Part shown: positions 34,342 through 47,219 of the stretch, piece after piece
How the letters are laid out: every line of letters starts with the position of its first letter
Numbering within the stretch: the stretch's first letter is position 1
From: Eutreptiella sp. 'Long Island Sound 2002'
Lineage: Eukaryota; Protista; Euglenida
DNA length: 64,000 nucleotides
NCBI GenBank assembly: GCA_964036045.1
Contig: OZ038378.1
Coordinates: forward strand, 48,856,001-48,920,000
Direction of reading: 5' to 3'
The notes under the pieces: generated by a model
Told to the model about the DNA's origin: nothing
Seen by the model: only the letters and a program-made list of their open reading frames with translations
Database searches by the model: none
Made by a program: the position numbers and the translations under genes

Positions 34342-34818
34342 ATGTCTGCTATGCAAAGGGCGCCGTCGTCAAGGAGACCGTCATCCAATGGGGACAACGG
34401 CTTGTGTGAGAGCGATCTGCCCAGTTCGGCGTCCATGGCAACATGTGAGGGCTTGACGGACGCCAAGGAGATGATCAGCCGATTACTTGAGGCGGCGCGC
34501 GCCCAGCACGCTGAGGAGCTGCGTACAGAGCGAAGACACGCTGACAAGGCCTGCAAGGGTCTTCATCGCAAAATAAGGATTCTTACCGCGCGTATGCAGC
34601 AGCGTCAACAGGATGACCGAGTACGCTTCGAAGCCGCTGAAACGAAGGTCGCTGAGCAGAGCGCAAGGATAGTTTTGTTGGAACGACGTTTGGCGGCCAG
34701 GGATGATGCGAACGCCGTCTTGCGGAATCGTGTGGAAACTTTGTTGACGGCGGTAAAAGAGACTGGAGCCAAGGAGAGCGCCACAATGCGGCGTCAGGGT
34801 GACGCTGAACAAGGGTGA
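34342..34818 (+). CDS. 158-aa coiled-coil protein (Gag-like or unknown); in-frame GTG at 34327
   Basis: Only substantial ORF in the element; starts ~45 nt after the LTR; heptad-rich (EAARAQHAEELR..LERRLAARDD). Confidence 0.6.
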   Translation: MSAMQRAPSSRRPSSNGDNGLCESDLPSSASMATCEGLTDAKEMISRLLEAARAQHAEELRTERRHADKACKGLHRKIRILTARMQQRQQDDRVRFEAAETKVAEQSARIVLLERRLAARDDANAVLRNRVETLLTAVKETGAKESATMRRQGDAEQG

Positions 34819-37074
34819 ACGGTGCAGTGCGTAAGTCGAAGCAACCAGAGAAGTAATGTAGGTAAATTTACGAGTGCGTTGTATATTTTTCTACTTGTTG
34901 TGACCGCGTTGCGCCTCGCTTCGTAACTTAGTATTTTAGAACTGCTGCTTTGCGTTTTGTCTTCTGCCCTGCCTTGCAGGTGGACGCAAAGAGCAGCAGC
35001 CACGACACGACACATGAGTATGGTGAGCAACGAAAAACACATTTTCGGTGTGTTGTTTTTTGCACGCCTGCTTGGTGTTTCTTTTTGGTGAGAATTTTTT
35101 TGTCTCTTTTCTTTGTCTTTCTTTTCTTTTTTAACTATTTTTGGACTGGTTGTCTGCCTGCCTCCTTTGGGCAAAGACACGACCCTTATTTCATTTTTGA
35201 TTTTCACTTTGTATTTCAATTATTAGGGGTGCGGCCTTCCATGGTGAGTTGGTAGATGTTTCTGGGTTTCTATTTCTACATTTCAGGATGGGTGCTATTT
35301 TTCTGTTCCCTGCCTTCGGCGGCTGCTGCCCATCGTGGGCGACGATTAGAGGTACGGTAAACCCCCTACTGTCTAAGGAGCGTGAGGCTCGGAACCCCCA
35401 AACCCTAGGGTGTGCGCGTGATGCGCTTGGAGGTGTGTGAGGCACCCCGCCCGCGCTGCGTGATGCGGCGATTTCTTTTTGTGTGGCGTGCGAAGCGCCC
35501 AGTCCTTGGGGTTGCGCGATGCTTCCCCCGGACACCCCTCCCTGTGAATGGTTATTTTTTCTGGGGTGATTTTTCTCTCCGGAGTGGTGCGTGTGTTTCG
35601 CCCCGCTCCCTGGCCGTGGCACGAGATGCACAGGGCCTGGTCTGAGGTATATAGTTGCTGTGGGTCAGTGAGCAGGGAATGTATGCCCGCTTTTGTATCA
35701 TATCTTTTGTGACCCTGTGTGTGTTCATATCAGTTGTGTCATGAGTTGTGAGTTTTCCTTGTTGTTTGTGTTTCAGTATACTTTTACTTCTTACTTTAAT
35801 TCTTTTACATTTCAAAATATTTTGTCTGTGTTGGTCTTTGGCTTTTTTTTTTGCAAGTATGTGTGTGCATTTGTGCGTGCGCCAGGTGTGGCAAAGCGTT
35901 GGCGCAGGTTTGCGCAGTCCAGCTTGATTAGTTTTTGTTATAGATTTCACAAATACGGTTACACGTTTGACAGCAGGATACAATGATAAGAATATTTCAG
36001 GCTGCGTTTCCGTAGACTTTCGTTTGCGTTTTTATGCATCGTACGCATTGGCATAGTTGTCGTTTGCGTGTGTGTATTTTCTAACCTCTGTGCGCTCATG
36101 CAGGTCAGGAAGGAGATCAGTAACAGAAGATCGTATGGGAATACGGTCGTAGGAGGCGACACAGGTGTAGTGCTGTGTTTGTGTGGTGGTGACACTGTTG
36201 CGATTTTTTATTTGATAGTCGTGTTTGTCTGTTTTGGTACAGACGGCGCACTGAAGGCGCGACGGCACCGGAGCGAACAGCAGCAACGCACTTCAGGTGT
36301 GTTTCTGCTACGCTGTGTCGTCGTCGCTGCGCGAGCGGTTGCGTTGCATCGCTTTTTCTGCGCTTTCCGTTGTTTTTATGTGCATGTCTTGGGTTTCTGT
36401 TTTGCTTCTGCAGCCAGCAAGTGGAGAGTATCACAGGGTCCTGAATTCGGGGCAGGACCAGAGAAGATCATCGGAGTGTCCTGAACTCGGGGCAGGACAA
36501 GCGATTGAAGTGAATTGAAGATGAAATTTAAAACAGTATAGGTTAATTGGATTTCTGTACATTATTACAGGTTTGCATTTTTTCCAACATTTAGCAGTAC
36601 AAAGGAACGCAAAACTCCACTTGCTGTATGTGCTGCAGGGCAGGCAGGGATGCATTTTTGTAAAATATTCTAACCTTTTCAGGCAGGCAGAAAATTGTTA
36701 CAGATTTTCTGACATCCCCCCCCCCCCCGCCTCCGCTGCACAAGGTCTAGTGCAGTGCGATGCCTGCTTAGCCATTGCTGCAGGCAGTTAGCTGTTTGTA
36801 GGCAGGTTAGTATTGTAGGGTTGCTGTGCAACTTAGGCCACCCACATTTCTACCCCCACACCCACTCTAACCAGCTTGTAGGGCTGCAGTGCACTCTTGC
36901 ACTGCAGCACACCACAGTAAATTTTTTTTGGGGTGTGTGTTTGACTTTTTTTGTTTGACACCCTGCTCTGGGCTGTCTACAGCAGCTCAACCCCCCCCCC
37001 ACAATAGTGTAAAGATCTGAGTGTCTATTTTCCTTAGTCAGCCATTTGCTGAGGTAAACCCCAGCAAATAGCTT

Positions 37075-37084
37075 GGGAAGGGAG
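37075..37084 (+). promoter_or_regulatory. Polypurine tract
   Basis: GGGAAGGGAG directly before the TG of the 3' LTR; identical to 12896-12905. Confidence 0.85.
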
Positions 37085-37390
37085 TGTAATGGGACACGGT
37101 GTAAAGATCGCTAACGCGATGGGTCGCGCATGCGCAGCTAGTACGTGCAGATGTGTAACAGGGAGCACAGCGATATGAAATAGACAATCAGAAATAATCT
37201 AGGTATTTTGCAGTGCATATGTAAATTTTATTGTTATACAGAGAACGGGATGACATTACGTTTTGGGACAGTCTTCTGTTGTGTTCGCTGAGGGATACTA
37301 AGAGGATGCAAGGAGTTCAACAATTTGAGTGATTTTGAAAAAGCATTGCAGGATACCGCAAATCAATAACAGAGGATCAGTACCATTACA
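37085..37390 (+). repeat. 3' LTR (306 bp), followed by an 18-nt copy of the 5' internal start (37391-37408)
   Basis: Near-identical to 33991-34296; ATCCCGTTCTCGAAAAAT follows both LTRs. Confidence 0.92.
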
Positions 37391-40300
37391 ATCCCGTTCT
37401 CGAAAAATAGTACCCTATCAGCTTCAAGGCATCCGCTTGCCCACGTATAATATAACAAGAGGGTCTACACGGGGGGACGCCGGCCGCCCCGCGACAGGAG
37501 TGGCGCAACCTGTGAGGTTTTGCTGGCTGGGATTCAGGCTGGTGGGTGCCGTAGCTTATTTATCGACCCCCTGTAGGGGTACCCACCAGAGGCTGACCCA
37601 GGCCGTCCACCTCATCTGGCTCACATACGTTGCCCTAGCGCCCACCCTTGACCGTTACCTGCACTGATTGGCCAGCTCCCGTGGTTGCGCCTCTTCCGCC
37701 ACAGCAGCGGCCAGGGCACAGGTTCGGGCTCCACTGACGACGTGTTGAGCCTACCTATAGCATTGGCCCGCGCGTCCGCGCCCGGACCACTCTGCATGTC
37801 GCCTCTAGCGGACCACACAGGCGCCCCCCAGGAGTAAGTCGCTGCAGTGGAGACTAACTAGATTACACGCATATAGAGGGGACCACATACTCAGTGCTAC
37901 GCCGCCGCGCAGTACCGCTGTCGCTATGCCGATGCCACCTGCGAGCCGCCAGTGCACGCACCACCGCAACCGCAAGGCCATGGTCAGACGTTTAGACTAT
38001 GTACATGCCCTCAGGCACGGCCCCTCTAGTTTGTTAACGGGGCCGAGGGACTCCCCTGCAATCCCCCTGAGTTGTCAAAGGGGTCAGGGGGACACCCCAG
38101 TACCGCCATGCGACTCCGCGTTGTCCCCACTGTGCGGCTCGCCAGTACCGCCGCGTATCCCCTGTACTCCCACCATACGGACCCCAATACCGCCGTGCAT
38201 ACCCCCGTGACGCCAGTACACCGTCACCTGCAACTCCGCGTACCCCTCATGAAAGCATCTCCCAGACCGCCAGGCCATCCCAAATACGCCCACTATACGG
38301 TCCACCTGATAATCACGCCGTCGCTATTCTCTTTGCACTCTTCGCCGCTTCCGGGGCTTGCAGGCTGCTCCCGCAACCCCGTGCAAAGCGCTCAGGGGGT
38401 GTCGCAACGCATGCACCGCAGCGCCGGAGGCGATGTCGCTTGCCCCCACACAAACCTGTGAGCCCCCGGAGTATCCCGAGCAACTACCCCCATAACTGCC
38501 GTAGCCAGGTTGCCAGTAGACACCCCGGTGTCATGGGAATACCCTACAGGGGTTTGGGCCTTATTACCCTGGTCGGGACGACCCATGACACCTCACTGTT
38601 GTATGCGGCGACCCAGGGGCAGGCAGGTGAAGCAGCCCTGTCCGACCCTCATGCACGGGGGCATTACGGCTCACCATCAGGCCGGCACGACGTGTCACAT
38701 CGCGTTGGCCGTCATACGCCGCCTGCCTTTACCGCACAATCAGGCCATGAGGGCACTGCTTCTCAGGCGCCACCCCATCCGCTGCGTCCAGCATAGGGAC
38801 GGTGGCAAGAGCACCCACATTTCCCATACCCCGTCAAATTGCATTACCCCCGGCCCCTACCGCGCCGTCACCATTTCCTCCGTGATGCCACAACCAAGGA
38901 ACACAGGAGTCGCCCTCCAGAGCCGCCGACCACAGCAGCAGGATTAGGGCTGCCGTCGGCGCATCGGGGCATCCCAATCCTTCCACCCGGACGCTCTTCA
39001 GGTTACCCTGGATTGCCTTCCAGGCACTTGATGACATCTGTCCAGAGTGCCGCAGCGCCCACCTCGCCTTAGGCCACCCCCTACCGGCACGCTCCCGACA
39101 CGTCCCGCATAGTGGGGCGGGGGCACATTGATGAACCTGAACCGACCTCGTCCCTCTGCACCCGTGGCATTCCTGTGGCAGCACAGACCGTGAAGAAACG
39201 CGGCTACCATCACAACACTGCGACCACAGGTCCTGCCACACATCACGCTTCTTGGAGACAGACCAAACCACCTGCCAGCGCGCGTGCATTGGCACAGCTG
39301 AGCAGGTCGCGCCTCGCTTCATCCCACCTGGACACCGGGCGGAGTATCGGCTGTCCGCTGGACCCCACCAATAGGCTCCTAAGCAGCCGGGGCCACAGCG
39401 CAACTTTGGGGCTGCGTGTGCCATGCTTCAGGAGCTCCAAACTATATTCCCGCATGATCTGCCCGATGACATCCACCCCGTTCAGCCGCTGGCCCCTGGC
39501 GGACGCGAGAAGCAAGCGTTGTCCTCCTGCCGGAGCCTCAACGACCGCCGTTAGGCCCAGGGTATCGAGGGTGTGATGGGCATTGGCACGCACTTGGTCG
39601 TCTTCTTCAGGCAGAGAGAACATCACCACCGTGACGTTGCCCTGCGCCTTGTTGCCCTGCATTCCTGCCAGTTGCTTGGAACCAACCAACACAGCCATGG
39701 ACGGCCGCTCCGTGACCGCTAGAATGGCTCATTGTAGCTGGCCGTCATACAGCCACAACGTCCCAACGTTGAGCACGACAGCTACCGCCAGGACTGGGAG
39801 GCTGCACAGAGGCTGTTGAAAGACCGGCAGCACCTCACGAGGCCAGCCCATGACTTTCACCACAGCCGGATGGTCTGTGTACACCTGGAGCCAGGGATCA
39901 CTCTGGCCGTCAGGGCCCCTCACCAAGGTACCACTCAACATGGCCCAGGACTGCGCCGATACCACGCGGCACCACTCCCTGAATGCCACGAAGTCTCGGG
40001 CCATCCAGCAACCAATCCACTGGCTGAAGGCCTGCGCCAGTGCCGCCATCCAGTGAGGGAACAAAGACATGGCCTCCTCGTGCGCGATGTACGACCTTGG
40101 CACGAACAGCGCATGCAGCGGTGCCCTCTGAAAGGTCGCCTGCAGGTCGTTGGCGAGGCCGTGGAACGGGCTCCACAGCGGACGCCGTTGGACCCTTCCT
40201 TCCGGCGGGCAGAAGGGTGTATCACCTCACAGGAACGCGTACACCGCCCTCCTTCGATCTTGCATCGGCAGCTGCATGATCTGGCTGAGCTGATGGTTCC

Positions 40301-40519
40301 TGCGGGCATTGATATCTTCCCCAACATGGACCATGACCTCCACAAAGAGCTTGGCCTTCGCAGGTTCCGGGGGATGACTCCCGCCATCAGGGATTGCGTC
40401 CATCTGCAGCCGTGCTCCCTCCACGCCAAGAACTCCACCGCCCATTCCATCAGGGGAAGCTCCGCCGTTGACCCCACCGCACGCCTGCACAGGAGTCGTG
40501 CCACGTCCTCGTCTCGTGC

Positions 40520-40574
40520 ACACAGCAAGCGCATGTGGCAAATGTCATCCTCCGCCCCCCCCACAGAAAATACA
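40520..40574 (-). other. C-terminal CCHC zinc finger of the LINE ORF
   Basis: CIFCGG..EDDICHMRLLC, with a frameshift in a G-run. Confidence 0.7.
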
Positions 40575-41239
40575 GGAGTGGGCCGGAATTGCCACATGCA
40601 TGAGCTCCTGCCTCCATAGTCGCATGACCTGCATGGTGAATAAGCGACCGTCACGTGCCCGCAGCATATTTCTGTGCGTTGGGCCGTGGTGCACAGCTCC
40701 TAGGCGCACCGCCTCAAAGGGGCTAGCCACCGGCGTGTGGGCCCTGGTGCGCGCCGCCAGCGAGCGCCCCTCCATCCCCGTGACGAGTTGAAGGGCTTGC
40801 ATGGAGGGCACAGGCGGCTCGAGCTCTCCATCATCTCCAGGCACCAAGAGGATGGCGTGCTCCTTGGGCAGGACGAGATGAACAGGCGGGGCCATTTCAC
40901 GGGCTGCGGCAGAGTCCCGCACCACAAGCGGGACTGCTGCGAAGTGCAAGTTCTGCCGCACCACCCAATGGTGTTGCCTGCCTACTCTGCGTGGTAGCCG
41001 CCGCAGCACATCCACCATCCAGCTCAGTGCGTTCTGGTTGACCAGATGCGAGGTCCGCCCCTTGATGCCACGGTACAGGGTCTCCTGCACCCTGCGTGGG
41101 TGCGCTCCAATGATGGGGGCATCCACCACGTGCACCGTGCCCGCTGACGGGGGCGTGTGCAACAGGTATGCCGCTGCGCCGATGATCTCCGCCTCCGGGA
41201 CCGTGCGTAGGTGGCACCCGTCCACGTGGGGTTCCCGTG

Positions 41240-41620
41240 GCTGGCCGCCGCCACATTGGTGGCTTCGTCTCCCTGGGGCGACGCGTCAGACGATGTGACG
41301 TTGGTCGCCACCGGTACCCAACAGTACCGGCGGGGTTACAGGCATGCCACGTCGGAGTGGAGACTCTGCGTGACGTTTCTCAGGGACGCCGCACTGGAGG
41401 CTGTGAGCTCTGGGGAGAGGACCACCTTCCGTTGATACACCGCATGTCGCCTCAAGGCCAAGTCGCATCCCAGGATTGACTGGATGGCGCCAAGGGCTGT
41501 TGTATACTCCGCTCACCACACCGTCGTGGAGCAGGAGGTTTGGTACACCACCACAGAGCCCTGTCCCCCCGCCCCGCCATCACGCAACGACGTGACGGCG
41601 ACATGCTGATCCTGTGGCAC
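41240..41620 (-). pseudogene. RNase H-like domain
   Basis: RDGGAGGQGSVVVY, SPELTA, LHSD, PQGDEATNVAA resemble the D/E/D and GNE.AD..A motifs; frameshifted. Confidence 0.5.
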
Positions 41621-42599
41621 GTTGGACATCCGAACAACCTCCGGGACCGAGCACTCATCAGCGTCCGGACGGGGCCTGCTGGCAGAAGAAAGACGATTGC
41701 CCACTCGCCGCACCCGTGTACCGCCGCGCATGCCCAGGAGAACGCGGGCCGCCTGTGCACAACGCACAGGGGTGATGGATTTATGCCGCCCCCGGCATGT
41801 GGCGTGAGCAGTGGGACAGACGCCGGATCGTCTGCTGTCGGTAACCTTCAAAGACATCCCCCTGCAGGAACAGGAGAGCCGCCAGCGGAATGAACGGCAT
41901 GGAGTGCCCCGGGTTTGCACGGTCCGATCCTTCCTCCCTGTACCCGTCCACCACATACACGCCCCCCGTAGAGGACTGCTAATTGCGTTTGCTAGCCTTC
42001 TTGCTGCGCACCAGAGAGTCAATAGACCAGGCAACTGCAGCCGGAAGACGTCGCGGAGCCCTGTGAACCACACGTGGTCCAGATGATTGGGCCCCACTCC
42101 CGCGTGTGGAAGGTGCAGGTGGTCCTCATGACACTCCTGGAGTTGGACGGCCCACTGCCCAGGTGCAGGACAGGGGAGTCCGCATGCAGGAGGTCATTTG
42201 CGGGATGAGTCAGGGACTGTACCGCTGCGTCTGTGCAGGGGGCCTGAGAGAACGCAGATGTCTCTACCCTTGAAGACGGAGGACTGGGATGCCCACTTCC
42301 GTCCCGCCCACTGCACCTGCGGCAGATGGGCGTGCACACACGAGTACACTGACGACGGCATGAGGAGTCCTATGCGCAACGTCCCGATCTCCCGGAGTAC
42401 TCTGTCCACCCACATATTGCCAGCGTGCGTGGCAAATGACGCGGAGGTCACGAGGAACTGTCCGCACACTCTGTACTGCATGTGCATGTCTCGAAGCATG
42501 GCTCGCAGCTCAGCCTGGACCGTTGTCGACCGGTGGTGCGTGGGTTGAGCCACGGTCGCTACGACGGAGTCGTGGCAGATAACCTGGACATCCGACAGC

Positions 42600-43845
42600 T
42601 GTAATCCATAACCAGACCGCACCGCCACGTTGGACAGGTCCTTGGGCAGCTTCTGGAATTGCAGAACCGCAGCCTTGATCGCAGCATTCAGCTTGACCAC
42701 TGCTTCCGCCGTGTCCGACAGGTACGGCGCCGCGTATCGCACAATGCCTCCAACCACAGCCGCCATCACCTCATGGGGTACTGACGCCGGCCCCAGCCTG
42801 TTCTTGCACCAGCCCAGCAGAGCTTCACACCGGAGTACATGTTTCTCCTTCATGGTTGCTATCCCCCTTTGATCAAGGCGTAGACCCCAGTAGGGCATCG
42901 TGCCCTTGGCGCGTAAGCACACCCGTGGGGCTGCCGCGTTCCCCGGGTTTAGGCATACCATGATCGAATGGATGCAAGCAGTATTGGCATAGGCGCACTT
43001 GCTGACGTTGAGGGACATGCCCATGTCTGTGAGGTACTGTGCAATCGCTGCCGCGTACTCCAGCAATTGCGGCAAGGAGTGCGCAATCAACAGGAGGTCA
43101 TCACAGTACGCTTGCACCAGGGGCGCCACAGCATGGCGAGCATGTCCCTGCGCCTTGTAGGCAAGGCTCCTCAGGAGAGGCTCCAAGAGGAGGAGGTAGA
43201 GCACAGCGCTCTCCGCACTGCCCTGCCGCAGGCCCCTGTGGAGCCGAATGCTCGGCGTTGGGCCGTGCGCAGTGACGATGCGCACCAGATACCCGCAGCT
43301 GAGGGTGTGGAAGAGCCTGATCAGTTCCTCGGGGACTCCCATGTGGCGCAGGAGGAGCGCCAGCGCCCCATGCGGCGATGTGTCAAATGCCTTTGACACG
43401 TCGAAGGCCAGGACCCTGTTCTCCACCCGCCAGCGCTGCAGCCTGCGCTGGGCCAGGGAAACCAGGGCAGCCATCGTGGAGCCTGGCATGGCCCCGTACT
43501 GCCAGTCCGCAGCCGATCCCTTGCGTGCCAGGACAGCCGTGAACCTCCGCATGAGGGGGTCATGAGCATCCGCATATCTTGCTGCCCCAGCTCTATTGGT
43601 ATATATTCGTCCAGGTTGCCTGTGGCCGTACCCTTGGGCATTAGCCTGATAATGGCCTCGTGCCAGGACTCTGGGACGTCCGCACCCCGCAGGACTGCCC
43701 TGTACGCGTGCACCAGGAGCCCCCGCACTAGCTCAGCCAGCTCCGCTATGAGGGCAGCCGTGACTCGGTTGGACCCCGGAGCTTTGTCGTCCGCCACGGC
43801 CTGCTTCACGGCGTCTTTGAGGTCCTGCAGGTTGTAGTCCTGCAC
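42600..43845 (-). pseudogene. Non-LTR reverse transcriptase
   Basis: KAPGSNRV, WHEAIIRLMPKG, YIPIEL, QYGAMPG, AFDVSKAFDT, GLRQGSAESAVLY, QAYCDDLLL. Confidence 0.95.
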
Positions 43846-44669
43846 CGACCTTCATTCCTCCGGCACCCCCCGAGGGATGTGGGACCCGGACCAGCCGCTC
43901 GAAGGCCAGCAGGTTCACTGGCTGCTTGGGGTACAGCGCCTCCGAGTACCTCTTGACCTCGCTGATGACGTCCGAGGCCTTCAAGAGCACTTTCTCCGAC
44001 TCCCAGCCCAGTTCACCACGTTGATGGCAACCAGTATCGCTGCCAATCGGAGCTGCAGGTGCGGCACCCTGCCCCGCCACGAGTCGTTGATGGACCCGCG
44101 TCTGCTGCTCCGGAGGAAACCCCGCAGCTCCTCCACGCGAGTCTCTAGCTGGTGGAGCTGCTGGTCTAACGCGGCGTGCAGGTCCTCCACCGTGGCAGGG
44201 GACAGGTCGGCGTCCACCTGTCGGAGGTGCTGTAGCAAGGCAGCCGATTCCAGGGAGTGGAGCCCGGCCGTTGCCGCGTCCTGTTGCCACAGCTCATGGA
44301 CGCGCCAGGCAAGGGCTTGCCTGATTTGACAGGACCTGGGCCAGATACGCCTCCGTCACCGCCTGCCCGTACGGGTACTGCGGGTCCATGCCCGACGGCA
44401 TGCGCACTCCCGTGACCCTGGACAGGTCATCGCGGAATGCGTAGAGCAGGTCGAAGACCGCTTGCGGCTCCGACGTGCCCATGGTGGCAGTGTCCTGGAC
44501 CGACGAGAGCCACGCCCGCAGCGTCCGATCCTCGCAGGCCTTCTGCAGTACCACTGCCGCCGCCTCACGAACCCCCGGGAGTCCGGGCGTATGGCATGCA
44601 GCCTGCCTTCGGGATGCGGGTAGGCCATCCAGGTGACCCTCACCTTGCCGGCCACCGCCAGGGGGATGT

Positions 44670-45241
44670 CGAGGACCACAGGGCCATGATCGGACCCCAG
44701 CGACGCAGGGGAAAGTCTAGGCGCCAGGTGCGGGCGCTCACGCGCCGCCCATGGGACCAGTGGCGAGTTCAGCAGGAAGGAGTCCAGTCGATGCCCAGCT
44801 CTCAGGAGTCTCCTGTCCTCCTCCTCTGCCGGGCCCGCCCTGTGGAACCCACACTGTTCCCACAGGGCTTGGAACCTCCTCGTGGTGGGGTGCCACGGGG
44901 ACTCCAGCCATAGGTTGAGGTCCCCTCCGAGGAGCACGGCCCTTGTGCCTCCCGCGCCTTTGGCTGCCGCGCACATGGCCACGTCAGCCCAAAAGGATGC
45001 CTTAGACGCCCGCCGACGCTGCCTGGGCATCCAGCCCCGGGAACGCATGATACCCATGGTGACGCCACTGATTCTCTGAGTGCACCACGCCCTGGGGGTC
45101 CTGCAGGCCGGTCTCCTTGAAGAGGCCCAGTATGGCACCCTCAGCCTTAATAATGCCTGCCGCCACCGCCTCACCGTCGAGCATTCCTCGGGCCACTGGT
45201 ACGCCGTCCCCCCACATCGAGCCCTGAACGTTCCAGGACAC
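44670..45241 (-). pseudogene. Apurinic-like (APE) endonuclease
   Basis: MSWNVQG, LFKETG, LLGGDLN, RLDSFL, GSDHGPV. Confidence 0.9.
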
Positions 45242-47219
45242 CGTCGCCCGGCTTTCGGAGGCGGGGCCCCTTCACGGCTGCGCCTTTGGATCAGGACCCC
45301 CTGCCGGATCTGGATCATTGAACGGGGGGGGACCAGCCGCACCCGACGCAGGCGGCTGGCAAGACGGCCCCTGTCCCCGTGGGTCACCGCTTCAGGTCGC
45401 CGTCGCCAGCTTAGACCCGACAGATGCAGCGGCTGCTCCCGCGACCCCTCCGCCCAACGTACCTGCCCCCGTGCTCCCCGTAGAAGTCGTCGCCCCACGC
45501 TGTGCCGCAGACCCAACTGCCCCATGCCGTGCCGCCGACTGCGCCGCTCCTTGCCCTCCCACAGGGCTGGCACTCCTGGGCATCGTGAGCGCTCTAGACC
45601 TCGCCTGGGCTGATGCAAAAGGCCTTGCCTGGCCTCCTGGCATAATGCCGGCCAGCATGGCGATCGCCTGGTCCCGTTCAGCTGGATCTGCCCCATCGCT
45701 CCCGCTGAAGGTGGTCCAGCAGGGCCTGGGCCGGATGTGGGCGGGCTGGTAGTGCTTGCCAGCTTTCCACGAGCAGTGACCAGCTTCATCCAGTCGAGAG
45801 GGCAGACATTGATCACCTTCGATCCACGCTGCTCCGTGGCAAGGTCGCCCCCGAAGTGCCGCAGCACGTACCGAATGTTGGCATAGCTGCCATACTGAGG
45901 CGGGGGCTCCTCTTGGGCGGCGGCTTGGGCGCTGCCTTTAAAGCCAGCCCTGCCGCAGCGGCCGGGGTGTCGCAGGCCGAACCGGCGGCACCCCTGGTGG
46001 TGGCGGCAGGTACAGCATCCCCCCCACGGGAAACTGCTCCTCCACCCAGCAGCGCCAGGCGTCCGCGAACTTGTCCCGGTCGCCCTCGACCTTCCACCTG
46101 GACGTGGAGAACGCCCGGAGCCACGTCCCCATGTTCTCTGCCATGACCAGGCGGAGGGCATCTCCTCCGCTCTGCCGGCGGAAGCGCATCGCGGCCGAGC
46201 CTACCACAGTCCCTTGGAGGTAGAGCGCTGTGCCTCCGGCGCCATTCAGAGCACGAAGGTGCAGGGCCTCCAGGTCAGAGGGGCGGACCGTGAGCACTGT
46301 GCCCTCCCCGCGATCGTACAGGCGCAGTGCCGAGGAGTGGGGTTCCAGCGCCACTACAACCCAGCACCACGCCCGCAATACACTTTGCAGCAGTGCCAGC
46401 GAGGCTGCTGGCCTGTTTCTGGAGGACTGCGCCGCCGGTGCCCTGGGGTGGGGCGCCGCCTGAGCCTGCAGCGCCCTGCACATGAAAGCTGCATGCTAAG
46501 CTTGCCACATGTTGCTCGGGGCTACAGGCCAGACGTCCTGCCCCTGGACCTTCGGCGGTCGCGTTACCTCCACGAAGACCGCCGGCGCGTGCGGCATGTC
46601 CCCAGCCGTGCACCTGTGCGCCCTGCGCACCGGGCCCCGCTCCCTGAGGCACTTCTGAACACCCTGTAGCAGGCCGTGCCCCTGGACTGCTGCCTCCTGG
46701 GCCGGCACATGGTGACGACGACCAGTTCCAGTCCCGCTGCTTCCGCCGGCACACAGGCCCAATACTCCGCCCCTTCCGACACCACCAGTCTCCCCATATC
46801 CGCCATGCCAACTGTATGGGTGGGAGGCACGCTTTCCACCTGCAGCACCCGCTTGGCGCACTCCTCCCACAGCTGGGGGGCATACATCTGCTGCTGCTGC
46901 ATCATGTCCTGCACATGCTGCAGGGATACTGTCATCAGCATGGACGCCCCCCCGTTCGCCGCCGCCGCCAGAAACAGCAGGGCATGCTGCCTGTGCGCGC
47001 CGGGCAACCCCACGTTGTGCGGGACGTCCGCCACGTCCAAGGGTGCGCGGGGCGCTGGCAGGGCATACAGCACCGCCGCGGGCAGCTCTCCCAGGGACGG
47101 CAGACGCACGATGGGCCCCATGTTCCTGTTGAGGACAACCGCTGCCACCAACCGCCTGTCCAGTTTGGACAGGAGACTGCCCGATCTCGGCACCCTGAGA
47201 AGGGTACCGAGGGCGGAGA

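Larger units (their letters stand above)
33991..37408 (+). mobile_element. Young non-autonomous LTR element (3.4 kb; one short coiled-coil ORF, no pol)
   Basis: 306-bp direct repeats 33991-34296 and 37085-37390 (only 4 mismatches seen) with an 8-bp terminal IR TGTAATGG/CCATTACA; PPT at 37075-37084; no TSD found. Confidence 0.9.
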
